Positions 13,494 to 24,084 of a stretch of DNA of 64,000 nucleotides are shown here, one piece after another. Under the pieces are notes generated by a model. That model ran no database searches. It saw only the letters and a list, made by a program, of their open reading frames with translations, and was not told the origin of the DNA. Source of the stretch: Mobula hypostoma. Taxonomy: Eukaryota. The translations under genes and the position numbers were made by a program. Positions within the stretch are counted from its first letter, which is position 1. Each line of letters begins with the position of its first letter. The DNA is taken from positions 174,842,001-174,906,000 of the forward strand of contig NC_086097.1 of assembly GCF_963921235.1 (NCBI RefSeq). Reading direction: 5' to 3'.

Positions 13494-14163
13494 CATTGGT
13501 TCTCAATGTGGGCAATATGCTGGCTTTTATAGGAGTCACAAGTGAAGAACGAGAAACTGGGAGCCACAGGAGCTTCTGAATGGGACATGATAAGTTTACT
13601 GTTTGAATGAGATATTACTAAAATATGTAAATATAGAAGAAATGAACATTTCTCTGGAAGAAAGCAAAGTTGTTTTTAATTGGATTTCCCACTTCTTATC
13701 TGATTGAATGTGGTTTTAGTCTTGCCCTTCACCTGCTATCGAAAGCTCTTTACCATCTTGATGTTGTGAATAGAAGTTATCTTTGATTATCTTTAACCAA
13801 GTTTCAACCAGATATTCAAAAATCTACTTGTTTGCATCAGTCGAGCAGCTCTCCCAGAAAACCCAAAGTAACAATATAATGCACTTTTTCTTTGATGGTT
13901 GGAAGAATATTATATATATTATAAATAACTTATCCTATTCAGAGCTTTGAAATAGTTTTTATTATTTATTTACACCTGTGACATTACATTTAACATACAA
14001 TACCTATAACCTGTTTAAGCATAATTATTGACTGTATTAGAATAATTAGTACAGTTGACCAATAAAAACTTTAGCAAGTAGCTTAGACTATGGAAGGTAG
14101 GGACAAAAGAGATATTTGAAAGTCACAAATGTGCCGCAAGCAAAAAAAAAGTTCAGAACCATG
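13494..14163 (+). mobile_element. Internally deleted hAT (Charlie/Buster-like) DNA transposon
   Basis: Ends cattggttctcaa...ttcagaaccatg resemble the Charlie TIR CAGTGGTTCTCAA. 13652-13720 encodes LWKKAKLFLIGFPTSYLIECGFS, the hAT C-terminal dimerisation motif, followed by degenerate LDVVNR...SLTKFQPDIQK. No clear TSD. Confidence 0.75.
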
Positions 14164-14476
14164 TTTACTGTGGATTGTTAGCTGGGAAAAAACTAGTCTA
14201 TTAATCAGTGATTTCGAATGAATCAAGGACAATGGAAGTAGACAAACTCATCGTCTTTGTTCTTGCCTTGAGGTTGAAGGAGTGGAGACTGACATTTTAG
14301 GAAGCTGCTCTGTAATCTCTATTTTGTGAACTGTTTGAGAACTGATTCTTGCTCTGGGATAATCTAATCAGAGCAATTGAATATGGACACAAGGAGTTTG
14401 AGCTGCTAAACCTGAGATCATTCTCAGATAAACTGTGTAATGTGTACCATTGCAGGTCTACAGAAGTAATCCCATT

Positions 14477-15616
14477 ATAAGACCATAAGACATAGGAGCA
14501 GAATTCAGCCATTTGGCCCATCGAGTATGTGCTGCTGCTCAATCATGGCTGATCCTTTTATTTCCCCTCCTCAACCCCATTTTACGGCCTTCTCCCCATA
14601 ATCTTTGATGCCATGTCCAATCAAGAACCTATCAATCTCTGCCTTAAATACACCCAATAACCTGGCTTCCACAGCAGCACATGGCAACAAATTCCATAAA
14701 TTCACCACCCTCTGCCTAAACAAAATTTCTCCGCATCTCTGTTTTGAATGGACAGCCCTCTATCCTGAGGCTGTGCCTTCTTGTCCTAGGCTCTCCCACC
14801 ATGGGGAAACATCCTTTCCCACATCTACTCTGTCTAGGCCTTTCAATGTTCGAAAGGTTTCAATGAGATCCCCCCTCATCCTTCTAAATTCCAGCGAGTA
14901 CAGACCCAGAGCCATCAAACATTCGTCGTATGATGACCCTCTCATTTCTGGAATCATCCTTGTGAATCTCCTCTGGACCATCTCCAATGCCAGCGCATAT
15001 CTTCTAAGATGAGGAGCCCAAAACTGTATGTAATACTCGAGGTGAGGCCTCACCAGTGCCTTATAAAGCCTCAGCATCACATTCCTTCTCTTGTATTCTA
15101 GACCTCTTGAAATGAATACTAACATGGCATTTGCCTTCCTCACCATTGACTCTATCTGCAAGTTAACCTTTAGGGTGTTCTGCACAAGGACTCCCAAGTC
15201 CCTTTGCATCTCAGATTTTTGGATATTCTTCCTATTTAGAAAATAGTCCGTACATTTATTTCTGCCACTAAAGTACATGACCATGCATTTTCCAGCATTA
15301 TATTTCACTTGCCATTTTATTGCCCATTCTACTAATCTGTCTTTGCATTCTACCTGTTTTCTCATCACTACCTGCCCCTCTACCAATCTTCATATTATCT
15401 GCAAACTTGGCAACAAAATCATCTATTCCATCATCTAAGTCATTTATATACAGCATAAAAAGAAGTGGTCCCAACACCGACCACTGCAGAACACCACAAG
15501 TCACTGGCAGCCAGCTAAACAAGGATCGCTACCTTCTTCCAATCAGCCAGTGCTCTAACCATGTTAGTAACTTTCCTGTAATACCATGGGCTCTTAACTT
15601 GGTGAGCAGCCTGATG
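14477..15616 (-). mobile_element. CR1-clade LINE, 3' ~1.1 kb (RT and C-terminus)
   Basis: GVLQWSVLGPLLFMLYINDLDDG..FVAKFADN and LYKALVRPHLEY; (TCTTATGG)-type tail read as ataagaccataagacatagg on the + strand. Confidence 0.9.
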
Positions 15617-16077
15617 TGTTATGTTGGTCTAATGTCTGAGTGGCCTGGTTTAACTGGTTTAAGGCATGAAGTTGCATAGCCCTTGGAACAGAGCCAATAA
15701 GAAGGTGGTGTAGGTCAGTCAGGTGACTTATAGCCAATAACACTGACAAGGCGACATTTGAACTGGTAAGGAATGAATGTAAATGCGAAGGTTTCAAATA
15801 CAAGGTATACAAGATTAATCACCGCGGATACAAGTGGGAGTGACCCTACGTGAAACGTGTGGAGGGTTAATCAGGATTATGAGGAATGCTTGGCAATAGT
15901 AGATTCCTTTCCTCGGGTGTTCCCTTTTCTATTCTTCCACTATTCAGGAGAGTCAGGGAAAGCTAATGAGTGTGCACGCAGGTATTTATTAGGTTAGACA
16001 ATAAAGGTACTTGTTGGTAATTGTAGATCCTTGCTGTGCTGCTCTGATCATTATTACTAAGGGTGGCCCTTGTAACA
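15617..16077. mobile_element. Probable solo LTR
   Basis: 461-bp segment bounded by TGTTA...TAACA inverted termini, with AATAAA near 16000. It abruptly ends the CR1 on its left. No matching TSD. Confidence 0.55.
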
Positions 16078-19000
16078 GCCCGATTCAATAGAAGCTGTCC
16101 TTGGGCCTAATGCTTTGCACTTTAAGGCTTTTTTAAAAACTCCTGCTCAATGGAAGGGGAAAGAAGAGAAAACGTCCAGAGCAGAAGGGAGTCTTTGACT
16201 ATGTCTTCTCTCTTCTGAGCACCCCCTCCAGCGCAATAGGCACTGACGAGAGGCGATTCCTAACAGGAATATAGACATAGTTGAAAACTCTGTCTTCACG
16301 TTCCTTTCATTGGATCAATTCCCAGCCAATTGGAAAGAACACAGATAGTTCACTGGCCAGTTGGATTAAACTTCAAGAACAATTGAACAGCTGCACTCTT
16401 GAACCTGTTGCCAATATTTTGATACTCAACAAATAAGTGTTCACAGAAATTGAAAGACAATAATTTTTTATTGCCTATTGATTTTTCTCCAGGATTTACT
16501 GTGTTTTGGAGTTAATGTTCCATTATCAGACAAATCCAGAACGGAGCTGAGGAATTGGCAGCTTTACTGATTTGAGGGGACATGTGTCCTTTTTCATAGA
16601 AATCACTGAGTGTCTCAGTCAGACAGAAGAGAAACAGGCCTCTCACCCTTATTCCATCTGTGTCAGCCACACTGTCTGTCGGAGCTAGTCATGTTTGCTT
16701 GTGTTTGTCCTGCATCTGTCCAGGACTTGTCTCCCCATGCATCTGTCCAATTGTCTTTTAAGTGTAACTGACTCCACCTCTACAGCTGCTTCTGGGAACT
16801 CAATCCATAGACAATCACCAACACTGGACGAAAAAGTTGTCCCCTAAGTCCCTTTTAAATCATCCCCCTTTCATCTTAACCCAATGCTCTCTAGCTTTAG
16901 ACTCCTGTAAACTGGGGGGGGGGGAACCCTATAACCCAATAACCCCTTAATTTACTACTGTCACGTGTACTGAGATAGAGTGAAACCTTTGTTTTACACT
17001 CCATGTATGCAGATCACTTGATCATAACAGTGCATTGAGGTAGTACAAGGGAAAACAATAACATATTGCAGAATGAAGTGTAACAGTTACAGAGAAAATG
17101 CAGTGTAAGTGGACAATAAGCTGTAAGATCATAATGAGGCAGAGTCCATAATTATCAAACTAAGGGGCTATTCACTGGTCTTTTTACTGTGGGATAGAAG
17201 CTGTCCTTGAGCCTGGAGATTGGTTTCTGTGGTTTGTTGAGCTGTGTCCACAACTCTGCAGGTTCTTGTGGTCTTGAGTTACCATACCAAACCATGGTGC
17301 ATACAGATAGGATGTTTTCTGTAGTGGATCAGTAATGTAGAGGATCTGGTGAACTTTCTTGGCCGTGGCAGTTATGGTTGTACAGGACAGGCTAAAGGAG
17401 ACTCCTATGCTCCAGCATACCCAGTCCATTCTCATAACTCAAGTTCTCCAGTCCTGGGAACATCTTTGTGAATGTTTCCGGCACCCTTTCCAGCTTAATG
17501 TCATCCTTCCTATAGCTGGAATGCACATGGTAATGGAACAGGGAGCATTTGCCATCATGGCCTAGGTTAATATTGCTTTCCCTGGGTTCTGATGTTCAAA
17601 GTTTAAGTTCTAAGAAAAATTATTATCAAAGTACATATATTTCAGTGTATATAGCTCTGAGATTTGTTTTCCTGCGGGCATACACAGTATTCAGATGACA
17701 TCAGGCAGTTTGATCATTTGATCAGAATTCGGATACACAGTAGTGAGAAGCAGGAGCAGATCATTTGATCCCACAAGCTTGTGCTACCATTCCATACGGT
17801 TGCTGATTCTATACATTATCCTGCATGAATCCCCTGGTGTCCAGGGGATTGCTTTGGTCAATGAGCCACCCACAGTATGGCTTTGGAGAGTAACGTGCTA
17901 CAGGCAGTGACTGCTATGTTAGTATCCAGCAAGGGTGAGGAACCAGCCCCTGGAACATCCTGATGCTTTTGTTAGGTGTGCACGTAATCATGGATTTATA
18001 AAACTGCACAACCCAGGAGGGAGGCATTATTCAGGGACACAGTAACAATGGTCTCATTACAGGAGGCCTATATAGAGATATTTCTATATATCCCTATATA
18101 TAGAAATTCCACACCAGCCATCAGGGATCTTTAGCTAATTAAATAACTCCAGAATAAAGAGTGGACCCTGTAATGTTTAGAAAAGTCCCTGAGATTCCCA
18201 TCTATATCCATATAGATGTCCATGTCTTTCAGAGAAGTAGATATGAATGGGCACAGTTTTTCCCCCCAAGGTTGGGGCATCAGGAAATAGAGGGTGCAGC
18301 TTTAAGGTGAGAGGAAAATGATGTAATGGGAACCTGAGGGGCAACTTTCCACCCAGAAGGTGGTTAGCATGTAGGAAGTGGCTGAGGCAGGTACACTGAC
18401 AGCATTTTAAAGGCACTTGGACACGTACAGGGATAGGATAGGGATACAGGCCAAATATGAGGAAATGAGACTAACTTTGATGGGAATCTTGGTCGGCATG
18501 CACCAGCTGGGTCACAGGGCCTGATGCTATGCAGTGTGGCTCTCTGACTTTCTATGTGACTCCAGGCCCACAGCACGTAGACCCCCAACCGAAATGCCTG
18601 AGCTGGTCACTCCCCAACTCCCAGCTCTACATAGCTCTGGCAGTCCCAGAGGGTAGCTCACCATCACAGACTTGGTTCTGTCAATGACACACACTCCCCC
18701 TTGTTATACCTCAATTACTTATCCGTCAGTTATAATCGGCTTTCCTCCCTCGATCACAGTATGCAACCGATTTGTTGTCTCTGTGTGGTATTCTGAGAAT
18801 GAGTGTTCCCCATGATAAAGATTTACTTTGAACTTTGAAACCGCTGTACGTTATTTGAATAAACAGCTGAGTGATTTTTTTCCTGAAGTGATGCAAGATA
18901 CGTACGATCATTACCAAATGTCAATGAAAAATTTGAAACCAGCTTGAGACCCAACCAATCACTAATCGATTTCAAGTTGGATTGTATTGGTTACAACCTT

Positions 19001-19969
19001 TCCCACCTTATAGAAACTCCAAGTGCTATATCTATCAGTCATCTATTTGTCAGCCATGTTGTGCAGAGCACTGAGTTTTAGAATTCTTAATCACATTTAC
19101 AAATCCTACCATGACCTTAGCTTACAGCCACCCTCCCCTTCTTGTTCTGGTCTAGTCCACTGTGAAAGGTGCTTTTGTGCTTTACAGCTAATTATATTCA
19201 AGAGTGCTCACAATTGCAGTGTAGCAACTTCCCACCAAGAGTGACCTTTTGTGTACACCTGACAGAACAGACAGATGAACATCTCTTTCAGTACCTCACA
19301 GTTCTCTCAACTGCAATGCCAGTTTAGTCATTTTCCACTTGTGCTCAACAGTGGGTTTTGAACCAACAACCTACTGACTTACAGCAGGCCGGAGAGCATT
19401 GGTGGAGGCAAATGGACAGTTGACATTCAATGTGTTGATCTGGAGTTACATTTGCTTTCTAGCAAAAATTGGAATGCTGAGAGAACTGAAATTAAAATGA
19501 GGACGTCTGTTTCTGATCCTGAAAGTGAAGAGGCCCCAAAGCCTGCTCAACTCCCTTGCTCTTCTCTGTCACACCCTTGTGTGTGAAACGACTGATAACA
19601 AGCAAATCACACAATATAGACAGCAGCAACTGGTAAATTGGTTTAGTATTGTACTGAGGTACAATGAAAAACTTTGTCATGCCATCCACACATATTTCAT
19701 CACATCTGTACGTTGAGGTAGTACAGGGGAAAAACAATGACAGGATTGACAAATTCGTGTTAGTTTCAGAGAAAGTGCAGAGCAGGAAGACAACAAGCTA
19801 CAAGGCAACAACAAGGTGGATTTTGAGTTCGAGTCCAGTTTATCAGATGAGAGATCCAGACTTTGAATATGTTGGCTGCTTTCCTGAGGCAGGGAGAAGT
19901 GTGTAGACAGGGTCCGTGGAGGAAAGATTGGTCAGATTGCCTGTGACCCAGGCAGTGGTCTCTAATTAC

Positions 19970-21465
19970 TTATCCAAACAAAGATGACTCTTTCACCCTG
20001 AAATTTGAGAAAGAGAACCTGAAGTCAGACAGCAGAATAAAGAGAATTACAGAGGCATGGGAGAGGAGTTGGCCAGAATTGATTGGAAATGAACACCTGC
20101 AGGGATGACGGCAGAGCAGCAATAACTGGAATTTCTGGAAGTAATTCTGAAGGCACAGGATATATACATCCCAAAGAGGAAGAAGTATTCTAAAGGAAAG
20201 GTGACACAACTGTGGCTAAAAATTAGTGGGAAGTTAGAGGATTGGGAAGCTTTTAAAAACCAACAGAAGGCAATTTAAAAAAAGGCATTAAAAAGGTAAA
20301 GATGGAATGTTAGAGTAAGCTAGCCAATAACATCAAAGAAGATACCAAATATTTCTTCAGGTACATAAAGTGTAAAAGAGAGGCAAGAGTCGATATCAGA
20401 CTGCTGGGAAATAATGCTGGAGAGATAGTAATGGGGGACAACAGAATGGAAGATGAACTGAATAAGAGTTTTGCATCAGTCTTCACAGTTAAAGACACTA
20501 GCAGTATGGTGGGAGTTCCAGCTGTCAGGGGGCATGAAGTATGTAAAGTTACCATAACTAGAGAGAAACTTCTTGGGAAATGGAAAGGTCTGAAGGTATA
20601 TAAGTCACTGGACCAGATGTACACCCCAGAGTTCTGAAAGAGGTGGCAGAAGACATTGTGGATGCATTAGTAATGATCCTTAAAGAATCACGAGATTCTG
20701 AAATGGTTTCTGAAGACTAGAAAATTGCAAATGTCACTCAACTCTTCAAGAAGGGAGAGAGGCAGAAGAAGTGAAACTATAGGCCAGTTAGCCTGACATT
20801 AGTGGTTGGGAAGGTGTTAGAATCGATTATTAAGGATGAGTCACAGGGTACTTGGAGGCACATGATAAATAGGCTGTCGTCATCATGGTTTCGTCAAGGG
20901 AAAACCTTGCCTGACAAATCTGTTATAATTCTTTGAAGAAATAACAAGCAGGATAGACAATGGAGAATCGGTTGATGTTGTATACTTGTATTTTAAGAGA
21001 GCCTTTGACAATGTGCCACACATGAGGCTGCTTGTCATATGAAGAGTGTTCGATGGCACTAGAATTCTGAAGAATGAGGGGTGAGTTCATTTTAACCTAT
21101 TGCATGGTGAGATGCCTTGATAGAGTGGATGTGGAGAGGATGTTTCCTATAGTGGGAGAGTCTAAGACCAGAGGACATGGCCTCAGAATAGAGGGGCGTC
21201 CTTTTAGAATGGAGATGAGGAGGAATTCCCTTAGCAAGAGAGTGGTGAATCAGTAGCATTCTTTGCCACAGGCAGCTGTGGAGACCAAGTCTTCATGTAC
21301 AAACGTTTGTATATTTAAGGCACAAGTTGATAGATTCAACTAAGTTGAAGGGATATGGGGTGAAGACAGGGGACTGGGGCTGAGAGGAAAATTGGATCAG
21401 CTATGATGAGATAGTAGAGCAAACACGTTGGGCCAAATGGCCTAATTCTTCTTCTACATCTTGTC
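19970..21465 (+). mobile_element. CR1-clade LINE, same family as 6770-9900, with internal deletions
   Basis: Colinear similarity to 7570-8790 and then 9465-9890; DELNKSFASVFTVKDTS and GLDRVDVERMFP-like motifs. Confidence 0.88.
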
Positions 21466-22998
21466 TGCGGCCTGTAAATATTATTTTCTGTTCTTTTGAT
21501 TCTTCAATGGTAGTTAATTTACTCAGGGCTAAATAACCCAAAGATGGGTATAAACAGGCATATTACATCACAAGGGACGTAGATATGGTTCTTTTCCCAA
21601 AGTATGGGAGTCTGAACCAAGAGAGCATGGATTTAAGGTGAGGGGGGGAAAGATTTAAAGAACATGAGGAGCAACTTCTTTCCAGGGGGTTTTGAGTATA
21701 CGGAACAAGCTACCTGAGGAAGTGGTAGAGGCAAGACAAATTACAACATTTATAAGATATTTGGACAAGTATATGGATCAGAAAGTTTTTGTGGGATATT
21801 GCCAAAACATAGACAAATGTGCCTAGTTCAGGTAGCACCTTGGTCAGTGTGGAGGAATTGGGCTGAAGGCCCTGTTTCTGAGCTGCTTAGCTCTATGAAT
21901 CAGTGTTCTTGCAGTTGGAAGTAGTCTACCAGGTCATTATCCATCGTCTTTTCTATGGAAGAAGAACTCAGCAGCAAAGAAACAACATTTAACAGTCATA
22001 TTGTCTCTTGCAATTCAAGCTGGGACAGGTCAAGTAATCAACTTCAATGATTGGTCAGATTTTAGCCAACTGTTTTGTAAATCTCACTGCAAGTTTTGTA
22101 ACTCTTTAAGGTGGAATTCTCTTTCTGAGGGAATAATACATTCAGGAGGAATATTGTGAAAGGGCAAGTGAGGCTTTAGAGAAGGTGTAGAGAAAAAAAA
22201 TACCAAGAGGGATGGTAGCAAAACCGGTTAAGAGTGGCCAATTGGAAAGGAGAAGATGGGGGAAAATCTGCCTTTCAGATTCTGAAAAGTATTGATGAAG
22301 CAGAAAGAGGAAGGTTACTTCCAAATAAGGGAGTCCAAAACTAGCTCGTTGGTGTGCCGATAACCTTTTTCCTTAGAAATGGAATTAGATTTTGTCTATT
22401 GTCACATGTGCCAAAATGCTTGTCTTGCATAGTGTTCATACAGATCAAATCATTATACAGTGTTTTGAGGTGGAACAAGGTAAAATAATAACCAAGCAGA
22501 ATGCAGTCGTCACTGCCACTTCTGTCGACTCGACACCAACCATTGCCATGACTGAACGACAACTGGATTGTACTTGGGTTTGATGAGATGTCTTCCTCAG
22601 TACCTCAAGTACTGGGCCAGAGCCAGGTCTTTATCCAGCCTGATAATTAAATGCCCAGGTCTGTGCCGTCACTTGCAGACAGATCAAGCCAGTAAGCTCT
22701 GATAACTAATTTGGCAGAAGCTTTGAAGAAAAGACGGCAGTAACCTTATTGATTCTCAGCTAAATGATAAAAGCAAAGCGATGTCAGTTTCAATTACATT
22801 TGTTTTATTTTGATCTTTAATTTCTCTCTTTTTCCTGAACTATTCATTTAAAAGCCACTCTAACCCTGTCTGAATTGTATAAAATGCTGTGTTTTAGCTT
22901 GTAAAACCTACTTCAAATGATAAAAAAAAAGCTTATTTCACAATCCAACGTGAGGAACATTTACTAAAAGTTATTTTGTACTTTCTGTGATTCTTTGA

Positions 22999-23050
22999 CA
23001 CTCATTGGCCACTATATTAGGTACACCTGTTCACTTTGCTTCCTCATTAA
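22999..23050 (+). mobile_element. Left end of a Tc1-like MITE
   Basis: cactcattggccactatattaggtacacctgt resembles the common Tc1-type terminus CACTCAGTGGCCACTTTATTAGGTACACC (recalled). No matching right end found. Confidence 0.45.
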
Positions 23051-23052
23051 TT

Positions 23053-24062
23053 CAGACATCCCAGCCTGCAAAAACTCATTTCAGGGAGGTAGCACCATCA
23101 ATTTGCAGGAGACTCCCAGAACTTCCGGGAAAGGTGGGATGTCTGCAATAGAGTAGCTCCTTAGCAACTAGCCAGCTAGTTTAAATAACGTTAGCTATGC
23201 TAATGAACGAATGACACCTGTTAAACTCACCTCAACATGTCTTTTACATTTTAACCCACCATGGGCAATAGAAAAGTCACTGTTGCAAACAGTGCAGCGA
23301 GCAACACCGTCATTATTTTGACCCCTATTAGGCAGGGGTACACTTTAGTGTAGTCTGGGGTGACCTACGTTTTATATTTTTTTGGAACACTCTGCCATGG
23401 CGCGCTCTCGCTTTCTCTCACGCTGTCTCTCTCGCTCGCGCTCTCGCTTGCTTTCTCCCTCACTCGCGCTCTCGCTTTCTCCCTCGCTCGCGCTCTCGCT
23501 TTCTCCCTCGCTCTCGCTTTCTCCCTCGCTCGCGCTCTCGCTTTCTCCCTCGCTCGCGCTCTCGCTCCCTCGCTCGCGCTCTCGCTTGCTTTCTCCCTCG
23601 CTCGCGCTCTCGCTTTCTCCCTCGCTCGCGCTCTTGCTTGCTTTCTCTCTCCCTTTCTCTGGCTCGCGCTCTCTCGCTCGTTCGCACTCTCGCTTTCTCG
23701 CTTTCTCGCGCTCTCTCGTGGTCGCTCTCGTGCTGTCTCGCTCACGCTCGGGCTTCTCTCTAGTGGTCGCTCTCGCTTTCTCTGGCTCGCGCTCTCTCGC
23801 TCGTTCGCGCTCTCGCTTGCTTTCTCCCTCACTCGCGCTCTCTCTCTCGCTCGTTCGCGCTCTCGCTTTCTCTTTCACTCGCACTCTTGCTTGCTTTCTC
23901 TCTCGCGCTCTCTCTCATGGTCGCTCTCGCACTCTGTCTCGCTCAAGCGCTCGCTCTCAAAAAAATTGATTTCCGTGATATTGTATATAATTTGCGGGCA
24001 TCAGGGAGCTACTATTAATATGCGGGAGACTCCCAGAACTTCCGGGAGAGGTGGGATGTCTG
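23053..24062. mobile_element. Non-autonomous TIR DNA transposon (hAT-like) with a duplicated right end
   Basis: TIR CAGACATCCCA (23053) / TGGGATGTCTG (ends 24062); ttaatt(ca) duplicated on both flanks. The 42-bp right end is also present internally at 23104-23145. Confidence 0.8.
23401..23960. repeat. CpG-rich CT/CTCG compound microsatellite-minisatellite (units such as CTCGCGCTCTCGCTTTCTCC)
   Basis: Directly visible tandem low-complexity array. It produces spurious RS/LA/RE-repeat ORFs in all six frames. Confidence 0.95.
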
Positions 24063-24084
24063 TTAATTCATTGTGATGCACTGA

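Noticed and set aside
16243..16275. CTGACGA followed by a short stem as a possible hammerhead
   Set aside because: No GAAA core or helix I/III at the proper spacing.
23360..24076. Long ORFs in multiple frames (238 aa LALS-rich, RS-rich, RE/ESASE-rich) resembling SR or membrane proteins
   Set aside because: They are translations of a stop-free CT/CTCG microsatellite inside a TIR element, with no splice or codon evidence.
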